A stretch of 64,000 bases of DNA, taken from contig CAITIE010000090.1 in NCBI GenBank assembly GCA_903892355.1, forward strand, positions 109,604 to 173,603, given 5' to 3'. The notes beneath the pieces are model-generated. The model saw only the letters and a program-made list of their open reading frames with translations. It ran no database searches and had not been told where the DNA came from. The number at the start of each line of letters is the position of its first letter. The stretch's first letter is position 1. Source of the stretch: an uncultured Pirellula sp. GTDB taxonomy: Bacteria; Planctomycetota; Planctomycetia; Pirellulales; Pirellulaceae. Made by a program: the position numbers and the translations under genes. This document shows, piece by piece, positions 8,734 through 17,316 of this stretch.

Positions 8734-11700
8734 ATGGTGAAGTCGAACAAGCCATCTCGTAATCTGAAGAGCCTGTTGCAAAAGCGATCGGTAAGCAAGC
8801 AAAGCAAGCGAGGCAGAGTCTTTGAGACGCTGGAGCGTCGCGAGTTGATGGCGAATGACTTTTCGCCAGCGGTGGAAGGGTACCTGTCGCGGATGCGACT
8901 CGACGGGCCCGCTGCGTACCAAGAGGCAGGCCAGAAGATGAGCTCGCTCCTCGGTGGTGGATCATCGACCGGAGGCGGCACCGGAGCGGGTGAAGCGAAC
9001 ACGCCGATCAACCTGTCCGAGATCGAGTCGAACGATTTCGTCGCTCAAGCCCAGTTGATCCCCGTTTCGAGCAACCAGTGGGTCAATGTTAATGGGACCT
9101 TCCGAACACTTTCCGACGAAGACTATTACGCCTTCGACTTGAAGAAGGGGGATATCCTCGATACTCGCCTCGTCGCTGCGACGGGAACACGTCCAACGTT
9201 GGCGTTGTACGATTCCCAAGGCCGCGAGTTGCAATTTGCTCAGGGCCGATTCTTGGGTGGGCTAGCCTTCCCAACGACCTCGCCTCTCTACAAGGATGGA
9301 AACACAACCTTGCCGTACGTGATCGACACGGCCGGCCGTTACTACATGCGAGTGAGCGATGGTGTTTCTGCGTATACGTTGAACATGCGAGTGCATCGTT
9401 CGACCTTCGAAGCCGAAACGATCGGAACGCAGCAGACGATTTACATCGACTTTGATGGCGCGCTAACACGGGCTGAAACCATCAACCTGACCGCGCTGGG
9501 TGTACCCGCCGGTACGTTGCGAATTCCCTCGATGGCCCGTTACATGACCCAGATTGGGTTGACCGAAGCGGACGCGCCGTCGGTCGCTCGTAACATCATG
9601 TCCCGCGTCGAAAAGAAGATGCAGCCATTGCTTGCACAGTTTTCGACCAACGGGTACTACCCACTCACCGGCAATCCTGGGGATTTCGGTGTGCGTTTGG
9701 TAAGCAGCTATGACAGCCCAGACCTTTGGGGGCAAAAGAACGTCTCCCGTGTCTTGGTAGGTGGTACGCAACTTGAGATTCTCCAAGATGACGTAGGGTT
9801 ATTGGGGATTGCACAGTCGGTCGACGTTGGCAACTTTGCTCGTGAAGAAACAACGTTGGTGATGCTCGACGTTATTGGTGACACGTCTCTCGACCGAACG
9901 TTGATCCCGATTGCAGGGAACGTAACCGTTGCGGATCTGTTCGCGGAGTTGGTTGCTGACACGATTGCTCACGAAGCAGGGCATACCTTGGGCGGCGTGC
10001 ACCAGGATTCGAACAACACAACTGACACCATCATGGATCAGTTCTATGTTCCCGAGATCTCTGCGGGTGTTGGCCCCGACCTTATTTTTGGCACTCGGGA
10101 TGACATCACGCTGAAGTTCTTGGACGACGAGTATGCAATCACCACGGGGATTCCGTTTGGTGGTGGTCTGTGCAACTCTCCGGATGTTTTGGCAATCGGT
10201 ATGTCGACCGGTACCGTCGGCGGTTCCATCACTGGTTCTGCGTTCAATGATCTCAACCGAAATGCACGCAAAGATACCGGCGAAGCAGGATTAGCTGGTT
10301 GGCAGGTCTACATCGACTCGAACAACAACGGCTTGCTCGAAACCGGCGAGGTACGGACCACGACCGATACAGCAGGAAATTACACATTGCGTGCAGGTGC
10401 TGGCACCTACAACGTTCGTTTACAGCGTCCCGCAGGCTGGATCGCTTCGGTAGCATCCGAAGAAGTCAAGTCGGTGACGGTCGCTCTTTCGAGCACTGTT
10501 GTCGCGAACTTTGGTTCGGTACTACCATCGTCTGCAGCAACAGGTTACAAGTGGCTCGATCTCAACGGGGACGGTTTCCGAGATGCAGGTGAACCAGGCC
10601 TCGCCGGGGTTTACATTTATCTAGATCTCGATGGTGACGCTCGTCCGGACGTTGGGGAACCAGCGTCTGTGTCCAAGGCAGACGGTTCGTACACGTTGAC
10701 TCCTCCATCGGTTGGGTCGTATCAAATTCGAGAAGTGGTTGATCCTGGTTACGTTCAGACTTACCCAGCAATTGGATACCACTCTGCTGTTTACGATGGT
10801 TTCACACCACTCCGCGGGTTTGATTTCGGAAATCGCGAATCCTCCGACTGGGGGGATGCTCCTGCTCCTTACGCGACGACCCGCGCTCAAAACGGTGCGT
10901 CGGCAGGCGTTTTGGCCGGCTTTCGATTGGGAGCGAATTGGGATGCTGAATTTGATGGCAACCCATCTGCGACTGCAACCGGTGACGACAGCACTGGACC
11001 GCTTAACTTTTCGGGTAGTGTGATCAACGACGAAGACGGCGTGACTCTGCTCACCCCAATCGTGCGTGGCGATAGCCAGAATGCGATCAAGATTAACGTT
11101 ACCAACACGATTGGTACCTCGGGATATGTCCAAGGTTGGGTCGACTTCAACGGCAACGGTGTTTGGGGCGATGCGGGTGAGCAAATCATCACCAATTTGT
11201 TGGTGAGCGCTGGCGATAACATCCTCAACTTCACGGCACCCGCCAACGCGGTCAGCAAGACCTTTGCTCGCTTCCGATTGTCTCAGACGAAGGACGTAGG
11301 GCCGACCGGTCGAACTGCAGCAGGGGAAGTCGAAGACTATGTATTCACGATCGGCGATGGCCCACGACGCAATGTTCAAGACGATACCTACACGGTCGCA
11401 CGGAATAGTGTTTCGAACTCGTTCGACGTTCTTGCGAATGACTTTGTCCCACCAGGAGATTCGGTATCGGCACTACTGCTAGGTACTCCATCCCAAGGTG
11501 GATCGGTTGCGGTGGGTTCGGGCAATACGGTTCGCTACTCCCCAGCTCGCGGATTCTTCGGACAAGAAACCTTCACCTACACCTTGGTTTATGCTTCTGG
11601 CAAGCGTGAAACAGCAACGGTTACCGTCAATGTGACGCTGCAATTCACGGATCCTGTAGCCATCGACGATTCCTTTGATATCCCCACCAATTCGGTATCG

Positions 11701-13869
11701 TATCCGCTCAACGTTCTGGTCAACGACATCGAAGGTAAGAACGGCGCCCTTGTGATCACTGGGTTCACAACTCCAGACAAGGGTGGCACGGTTTCGATCG
11801 GTTCCGGCGGATTGAGTTTGCGATACACGCCAGCTCGGGGATTCGGTGGTACTGAGCGATTCAAGTACACAGTGACCGACGGTTCAGGCAAGCAGTCCAC
11901 CGCGGACATTACGGTTCACACTTTGGAAGGCGATCGGCTAGACGACAACGTTCAGTTCAGTTTCTCCTTCAAGAGCATGAGCGGTGCACCGATCACCAGT
12001 GTGACTCAAGGCGATCAGTTCCAGGTTTTTGTGTACGCGTATGACTTGCGTCCAGACAAGCTGATCACTGAGACTCCACCACGGACCGTTCAAGATCCAG
12101 GCGTGTACGCAGCGTACCTTGATATGCTCTACAGCTCCAACTTGGTTCTCCCATCGAATCCAGGCACCAACACGACCTTGGATTTCGCGAACCAACCAGT
12201 CAACCCCTACAACCAAGGTGTTTCGGGCAAAGCGGACCTCCCAGGCGTGATCAGTTCGCTGGGGGCTTTCACCGGAAGCGTCAAGCCTCCATTCGTATGG
12301 GGTGAGCCTTCTACGGTCACCGTGTTGACGTTCACTGCTCGTTCAGCGGGTATCGCTGAGTTTGTTGGCGATCCAGCAGATGAATCTCCAAACACCGATG
12401 TGCTCTTGTACAACCCACCGAACTCTTCGGTGCCAGTCGAGCAAATCCGGTATTTGCGTTCGAGCATCGAGGTGACTCCTCGAGGTGTAGAACTGCCATT
12501 CGCCGTGGATGACACCGCAACCGTGGCAGCGAACACTACCAAGGATGTCGATTACCGAGTCAACGATATCGTCGGTACCTCAGGGTCCATCCGATACGTC
12601 TCAGTTACCCAGCCGATCGACGGCAAGGGGGTGGTCTCGATCAACAACAAGGGAACCACTTCCACTGCGGACGATGTGATCTCGTACGTTCCTGCGACCA
12701 CCGGTTCGGGTGATCCTGGTTATTCGACTCAGTTCACGTACACGATCGCAGATTCGCGTGGCTACACCTCGACCGCCACGGTGACCTTGCATGTAGGTGA
12801 CAACCCTGCTGCGAACGACGTGATGAAGATGCAACTGAAGGCGTTTGACCTATCAGGAAATCCAATCACTCAGATTACTGCGGGTCAGCAATTTGAACTC
12901 CGTGGATATGTTCAAGACCTGCGAAACCCAACCACCCAGAGTGGCGTGTTCGCTGCATATCAAGATGTGTTGTACGATCGAAACTTGGTTTCGGTGAAAA
13001 CAACCACCACCGGCTTGGGCTTCGATGTGAAGTTCAGCAACGGTGCAAATGGCTACGAAAACGGCAAGTCGGGCGATGTGCGAATCCCTGGTCTAATCAA
13101 TGAACTCGGATCGTTCCAGAACTCGCAATCACCTCTGGGGGCAAGCGAATTGCTTCAGTTCTCGGTGTTGATGACCGCGAACACTCCGGGTGTTGCCAAG
13201 TTTTTGAGCGACCCTGCAGACATCAGCCCATTCCATGACTCGCTCCTCTACAGCGATCAACGGAACAAAGTTGCCTTCGACAAGATTTCCTACATCCCTG
13301 CTCAGATCCTCATCCTTCCAGTGTCCAACGGTGGCGGTGGTAGTGGCGGTGGCGGTGGCGAAGGAAACACCAACCTCTTCAACCGCTTCGACGTAAACGA
13401 CGATGGATTCGTTTCGCCAATCGATGCATTGATCCTTGTGAACTTGGTCAACCAAGGCAACGGGGGTTCGCTCAGCGGTGGTGGCAACGGGGCCGGGGGT
13501 GAAGGCGAAAACAGCAACGGCGGCGGTTATTATGTCGACGTCAACTCCGACGGATTCCTTTCACCGCTCGACATCCTCTGGGTTGTCAACGAATTGAACA
13601 AGGGTTCCGGTGGGGGCGGTGAAGGAGAATCGTCGGCAGCACCATTGCTCGACGCACCCGCAACGAAGTTTGAGAGCGTAGTTGTTCCAGCATCGATAAC
13701 TCGCAATAGTCTCCAGTCCAATTGGATGTCGGCACCAGCTGCGGGAGCCTCGAGTTCCGTTAGCTCCAGCAGCGTCGACAGCTACCTCGCAAGCGTCGCA
13801 AGCGATGTGGACGGCGAAGATTACTTAGATGGTTTGGTGACTGACGTATTGCGAAAGAAACGGTCCTAG
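8734..13869 (+). CDS. Giant (1711 aa) secreted multidomain protein: PPC-like domain, HExxHxxGxxH metzincin-like motif, SdrD/Cna-B-type repeats, GEVED region, cadherin/Ig-like repeats, two cohesin-like modules, two dockerin-type repeats
   Basis: ATG at 8734. N-terminus is basic and carries ETLERRELMANDF. HEAGHTLGGVH lies at 9970-10002. Repeated NGLLETGE/DGxxDxGE beta-sandwich units are present, as is GEVEDYVF. VNDxxG cadherin-like units occur (VLANDFVPPGD, VLVNDIEG, VNDIVG). Dockerin-like DVNDDGFVSPIDALILVN and DVNSDGFLSPLDILWVVN lie at 13384-13600. Confidence 0.8.
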   Translation: MVKSNKPSRNLKSLLQKRSVSKQSKRGRVFETLERRELMANDFSPAVEGYLSRMRLDGPAAYQEAGQKMSSLLGGGSSTGGGTGAGEANTPINLSEIESNDFVAQAQLIPVSSNQWVNVNGTFRTLSDEDYYAFDLKKGDILDTRLVAATGTRPTLALYDSQGRELQFAQGRFLGGLAFPTTSPLYKDGNTTLPYVIDTAGRYYMRVSDGVSAYTLNMRVHRSTFEAETIGTQQTIYIDFDGALTRAETINLTALGVPAGTLRIPSMARYMTQIGLTEADAPSVARNIMSRVEKKMQPLLAQFSTNGYYPLTGNPGDFGVRLVSSYDSPDLWGQKNVSRVLVGGTQLEILQDDVGLLGIAQSVDVGNFAREETTLVMLDVIGDTSLDRTLIPIAGNVTVADLFAELVADTIAHEAGHTLGGVHQDSNNTTDTIMDQFYVPEISAGVGPDLIFGTRDDITLKFLDDEYAITTGIPFGGGLCNSPDVLAIGMSTGTVGGSITGSAFNDLNRNARKDTGEAGLAGWQVYIDSNNNGLLETGEVRTTTDTAGNYTLRAGAGTYNVRLQRPAGWIASVASEEVKSVTVALSSTVVANFGSVLPSSAATGYKWLDLNGDGFRDAGEPGLAGVYIYLDLDGDARPDVGEPASVSKADGSYTLTPPSVGSYQIREVVDPGYVQTYPAIGYHSAVYDGFTPLRGFDFGNRESSDWGDAPAPYATTRAQNGASAGVLAGFRLGANWDAEFDGNPSATATGDDSTGPLNFSGSVINDEDGVTLLTPIVRGDSQNAIKINVTNTIGTSGYVQGWVDFNGNGVWGDAGEQIITNLLVSAGDNILNFTAPANAVSKTFARFRLSQTKDVGPTGRTAAGEVEDYVFTIGDGPRRNVQDDTYTVARNSVSNSFDVLANDFVPPGDSVSALLLGTPSQGGSVAVGSGNTVRYSPARGFFGQETFTYTLVYASGKRETATVTVNVTLQFTDPVAIDDSFDIPTNSVSYPLNVLVNDIEGKNGALVITGFTTPDKGGTVSIGSGGLSLRYTPARGFGGTERFKYTVTDGSGKQSTADITVHTLEGDRLDDNVQFSFSFKSMSGAPITSVTQGDQFQVFVYAYDLRPDKLITETPPRTVQDPGVYAAYLDMLYSSNLVLPSNPGTNTTLDFANQPVNPYNQGVSGKADLPGVISSLGAFTGSVKPPFVWGEPSTVTVLTFTARSAGIAEFVGDPADESPNTDVLLYNPPNSSVPVEQIRYLRSSIEVTPRGVELPFAVDDTATVAANTTKDVDYRVNDIVGTSGSIRYVSVTQPIDGKGVVSINNKGTTSTADDVISYVPATTGSGDPGYSTQFTYTIADSRGYTSTATVTLHVGDNPAANDVMKMQLKAFDLSGNPITQITAGQQFELRGYVQDLRNPTTQSGVFAAYQDVLYDRNLVSVKTTTTGLGFDVKFSNGANGYENGKSGDVRIPGLINELGSFQNSQSPLGASELLQFSVLMTANTPGVAKFLSDPADISPFHDSLLYSDQRNKVAFDKISYIPAQILILPVSNGGGGSGGGGGEGNTNLFNRFDVNDDGFVSPIDALILVNLVNQGNGGSLSGGGNGAGGEGENSNGGGYYVDVNSDGFLSPLDILWVVNELNKGSGGGGEGESSAAPLLDAPATKFESVVVPASITRNSLQSNWMSAPAAGASSSVSSSSVDSYLASVASDVDGEDYLDGLVTDVLRKKRS

Positions 13870-13911
13870 TCTCTCGCAATTCCCAAATCGTTTCCAATCG
13901 GTGATGATTGA

Positions 13912-13966
13912 ACCGGCCGAGTGATTCCAGTAAACCTGGGAGCAACTCGGCCGGTTTTTTCGTTTT
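13912..13966 (+). terminator. Rho-independent terminator after the giant gene
   Basis: 11-bp perfect stem: ACCGGCCGAGT (13912-13922) pairs with ACTCGGCCGGT (13945-13955). It is followed by TTTTTCGTTTT. Confidence 0.75.
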
Positions 13967-13990
13967 GCCATCACAACGATAGAGGGTGAG

Positions 13991-14020
13991 CCATCGCCGC
14001 ACCATCGCCGCATCATCGCC
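13991..14020. repeat. Intergenic tandem repeat, 11-bp unit CCATCGCCGCA, about 2.7 copies
   Basis: Read directly: ccatcgccgca ccatcgccgca tcatcgcc. Lies between the giant-gene terminator and nagA. Confidence 0.85.
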
Positions 14021-14083
14021 AATACTGTTCCTGCGATTCGGCGCGTCGATTCGCATGGCACGCGATTGTCATTTTGAGCTATT

Positions 14084-15091
14084 ATGCGAGTTCTGGATTT
14101 AGGGCGAGCATCCGACGATGCGAGCGATGGTGCGGCTGACGTTGGGAATATCGCGAGAGTTATGATGCAGGGTTTTGTCGATCTACAGATTAATGGAGTT
14201 CAAGGAGTCGACTTCAACTCGGCATCGCTGTCTCGCGACGATTGGAATCGGGCGTTGCAAGCTCTGAGAGAGGATGGTACTGAAGCCTTTTTGCCGACCG
14301 TGATCACCGATTCGATCCCTGCGCTGATGCGCAAACTCGATGGGCTCGCTGGTCTATGCGAGCTAGGTGGGGTAAGTTTCATTGGAGGCGGAAGCAGGCC
14401 TGTAGGGATCCATCTTGAGGGGCCGTACCTTTCGGAGAAACCGGGGTATATCGGAGCTCATCCCAAAGCCCACGCCAAAGATGCCAGCCTCGAGGAAATG
14501 AAACGTCTCTGCGACGCCGCGCGGGGGTGGCTCAAACTGGTGACGTTGGCTCCGGAGCGAGACGCAGGTGGGAAAACCACCAGGTGGCTTGTGGATCAAG
14601 GGGTCCTGGTCGCTGCTGGTCATACCGATGCATCGTTGGATGAACTGAAGCGAGGGATCGATGCCGGGTTGAGTCTGTTCACGCACTTGGGGAATGCCTG
14701 CCCGCCATCAGTACCGCGTCACGACAACATCGTGAATCGTGCCATTGCATTGCGGGACTCGCTTAAGATCACATTGATTGCCGACGGGCATCATTTGCCA
14801 CTTTGGCTCATCGAGAGTTGGGTCGGGATTTTTGGCGTCGATCGGGTGGCTATCGTGAGCGATGCAATCAGTGCGGCGTTGTTGCCACCCGGGTTGCATC
14901 GCTTGGGGGATCAAGTGGTTGCGGTGGGGGAGGACGGCGTTCCGAGGAGCGAAGACCGGACGCATTTCGTCGGTTCTGGGGCGACGTTGGGGATGATGGC
15001 CGGCTTATTGCGGCGAGAAACATCGCTATCGGAAGCCAGCCTAGTCCAAATGCTCCGTGAAAACCCGATGCGTTGGCTGGGTATTGCCTGA
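14084..15091 (+). CDS. nagA: N-acetylglucosamine-6-phosphate deacetylase, short form
   Basis: GFVDLQINGVQGVDFN, HLEGPYLS, AAGHTDAS and THLGNA motifs of the amidohydrolase NagA family. At 335 aa it lacks most of the usual N- and C-terminal beta-sandwich segments. Confidence 0.75.
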   Translation: MRVLDLGRASDDASDGAADVGNIARVMMQGFVDLQINGVQGVDFNSASLSRDDWNRALQALREDGTEAFLPTVITDSIPALMRKLDGLAGLCELGGVSFIGGGSRPVGIHLEGPYLSEKPGYIGAHPKAHAKDASLEEMKRLCDAARGWLKLVTLAPERDAGGKTTRWLVDQGVLVAAGHTDASLDELKRGIDAGLSLFTHLGNACPPSVPRHDNIVNRAIALRDSLKITLIADGHHLPLWLIESWVGIFGVDRVAIVSDAISAALLPPGLHRLGDQVVAVGEDGVPRSEDRTHFVGSGATLGMMAGLLRRETSLSEASLVQMLRENPMRWLGIA

Positions 15092-15095
15092 GTTC

Positions 15096-15155
15096 TGATC
15101 GCTGGGCCACTGATCGCTGGGCCACTGATCGCTGGGCCACTGATCGCTGGGCCAC
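15096..15155. repeat. Perfect tandem repeat, 15-bp unit TGATCGCTGGGCCAC x4
   Basis: Four identical copies read directly. The array starts 5 nt after the nagA stop codon. Confidence 0.95.
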
Positions 15156-15297
15156 TGTGTGATCTCAGGGCAAGTATCGAATAATCGGGTGCATCAATGG
15201 ATGCAGCGGCAAAGCGGATGCTTTACAATGCTCTCTCGATTGTTTCCCACCCAGCGACAGCTACCCTCCTTCCCAAATCTGTTAAGGGACCGAATTG

Positions 15298-16761
15298 ATG
15301 AGTACTCTCAATCGTCGACTATTTTTGGAACAGTCCATGCTAACAACTGCTGCAGCCATGGCTGCAGCGTCGGCGCGTAGTATTGCGACAGAGCCACAGC
15401 CACCGACTTCGATTGGACCCAACGATACGATTCAGGTTGCGGTGGTCGGCGCTGGAGGAAGAGGCCAGTCGCATATCGGTGGTTTCGCCGGCAAGCCGGG
15501 CACGGTAGTCACGCACATCTGCGATTGCGATGAGAAGGCTGGTCAACGGAGCTGCGAATCCGCGGCGGAAAAGCAGGGGGGACGCAAGCCTGTTTGGGTG
15601 AAAGACATCCGCAAACTGCTCGAGGATCCATCGATTCAAGCGGTGAGCATCGCAACGCCGAACCATTGGCATTCCCTCGGAGCGATCTGGGCCATTCAAG
15701 CTGGCAAGGATGTCTATGTAGAAAAGCCGGTATCGCACAACGTACTCGAGGGGCGTCGTGTGGTCCAAGCGGCGCGTAAACACCAACGCATGGTGCAGAC
15801 AGGAACCCAAAGCCGATCGAATCCTGGCATGCGGCAGGCGATCGAGTTCATTCATGGTGGTGGCATCGGCGACGTATCGATCGCGCGTGGGCTCTGTTAC
15901 AAGCGGCGCGATAGTATCGGGCCTCGTGGAAATTATGAGGTACCTAAGGAAGTGGACTACGACCTTTGGTCTGGTCCGGCCAGAATCCTACCCGTGACTC
16001 GGAAGCGGTTCCATTACGATTGGCACTGGCAATGGGAATACGGCAATGGCGACCTTGGGAATCAAGGTATCCACCAAATGGATTTGTGCCGTTGGGCATT
16101 GGGGGTGGATAGTGTCAGCGACAAGGTTTGGTCGTTCGGGGCGAGAGTTGGCTACGAAGACGCGGGGGAAACGGCGAACACCCAAGTCGTCGTGCACGAT
16201 TATGGTCCGCGGAAACTGATCTTCGAGGTTCGCGGTTTGCCGACTCCCGATTACAAAGGCGCGAACGTGGGGATCATCGTCGAGGGCTCCAAAGGCTACT
16301 TGGTGATGACGTCCTATGCGAGCGGCACCGCATTTGACTTGGAGGGGAAACCGATCAAGCAATTCACAGGAGGTGGGGATGACATGCACTATAAGAACTT
16401 CACCGATGCCATGCGTTCTCGCGATTACAGCAAGTTGAATGCGGATATCGAACAAGGCCACCTTTCGAGCGCCCTGTGCCACCTAGGAAACATCTCCTTG
16501 CGACTCGGGCAAATGCTTCCGTCTCAGGAGGTTGCAGGGGCGATCAAGTCGCATGGTGGGGATGATGCGATTGCGGATACCTGGCAGCGAACGGCAGAGC
16601 ATCTCAAGGAAAACGGTGTGAACGACTACTCCATCCAGATGGGGCCGCAGTTGAATCTCGATCCGGTGACCGAATCGTTCACGGGAGCCAACCCGCCCAA
16701 CCATTGGTTGACTCGCGAGTACCGAGCTCCCTACTCATTGCCAGACGAGGCGACTGTGTAA
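15298..16761 (+). CDS. Gfo/Idh/MocA-family oxidoreductase with Tat signal
   Basis: N-terminus MSTLNRRLFLEQSMLTTAAAMAAASA has a twin-arginine motif. A Rossmann motif VAVVGAGGRGQSH follows. The C-terminal alpha/beta domain is typical of the family. Confidence 0.8.
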   Translation: MSTLNRRLFLEQSMLTTAAAMAAASARSIATEPQPPTSIGPNDTIQVAVVGAGGRGQSHIGGFAGKPGTVVTHICDCDEKAGQRSCESAAEKQGGRKPVWVKDIRKLLEDPSIQAVSIATPNHWHSLGAIWAIQAGKDVYVEKPVSHNVLEGRRVVQAARKHQRMVQTGTQSRSNPGMRQAIEFIHGGGIGDVSIARGLCYKRRDSIGPRGNYEVPKEVDYDLWSGPARILPVTRKRFHYDWHWQWEYGNGDLGNQGIHQMDLCRWALGVDSVSDKVWSFGARVGYEDAGETANTQVVVHDYGPRKLIFEVRGLPTPDYKGANVGIIVEGSKGYLVMTSYASGTAFDLEGKPIKQFTGGGDDMHYKNFTDAMRSRDYSKLNADIEQGHLSSALCHLGNISLRLGQMLPSQEVAGAIKSHGGDDAIADTWQRTAEHLKENGVNDYSIQMGPQLNLDPVTESFTGANPPNHWLTREYRAPYSLPDEATV

Positions 16762-16772
16762 GGTTCCGCAGT

Positions 16773-16833
16773 GGGCCAGCAATTGCATCTGGGGGGCCAG
16801 CAATTGCATCTGGGGGCCCGCAATCGCATTTGG
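16773..16833. repeat. Tandem repeat, about 20-21-bp unit GGGCCAGCAATTGCATCTGGG x3 (third copy diverged)
   Basis: Read directly. Each unit contains the palindrome GCAATTGC (GCAATCGC in copy 3). The array lies between convergent stop codons at 16761 and 16841. Confidence 0.9.
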
Positions 16834-16840
16834 CTAGATG

Positions 16841-17080
16841 CTAGGATTTTTCCTGCGCTTTGATGCAGATCTGATTGATAACGCGTTTTACGCCGGTGAT
16901 GCCTTGGGCCACTCGCATCGCTGCGTTTTTTTGATGCGATTGAACGACGGTTCCCGTTAAGGTGACTTCTCCGCCACGGCATGCGACATCGACATGGCAT
17001 GGGGAGCGAATGCCTCGCATCGCGAGTTTGCTGTTGATTTGCTGAGTTAGTTTGATGTCGACATTGCTGTTGAGAGACAT
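16841..17080 (-). CDS. BON-domain protein (OsmY-like)
   Basis: VDVACRGGEVTLTGTVVQSHQKNAAMRVAQGITGVKRVINQI matches the BON-domain pattern. I place the start at ATG 17080 (MSLNSNVDIK). Confidence 0.6.
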   Translation of the reverse strand: MSLNSNVDIKLTQQINSKLAMRGIRSPCHVDVACRGGEVTLTGTVVQSHQKNAAMRVAQGITGVKRVINQICIKAQEKS

Positions 17081-17316
17081 GGAGGAACTAGTTTCCGGAA
17101 GGGGTGGCAGTGCGCAAGGCATAATCCACCCTATCCGATTTTGACCCACGACCCGACTAATTCCAATTGTTTGGAGGAAATAAGCAAACTACCTACCGAT
17201 ACTCGGCGATTCGCTCATGGCAAATCGCGAGTGGAAAACAGATCGCTGCGATGATTCTTAGGTCGGTATCTTCCGCTCTCGAATCCAATCACCGCGAGGG
17301 AGGAATCCCTGAACCC

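Noticed and set aside
14868-15155. 95-aa minus-strand ORF beginning MAQRSVAQRSVAQRSVAQRS
   Set aside because: Its repetitive N-terminus is just the reverse-complement reading of the 15-bp x4 intergenic array. The rest is antisense to the nagA 3' end. It has no protein-like features.
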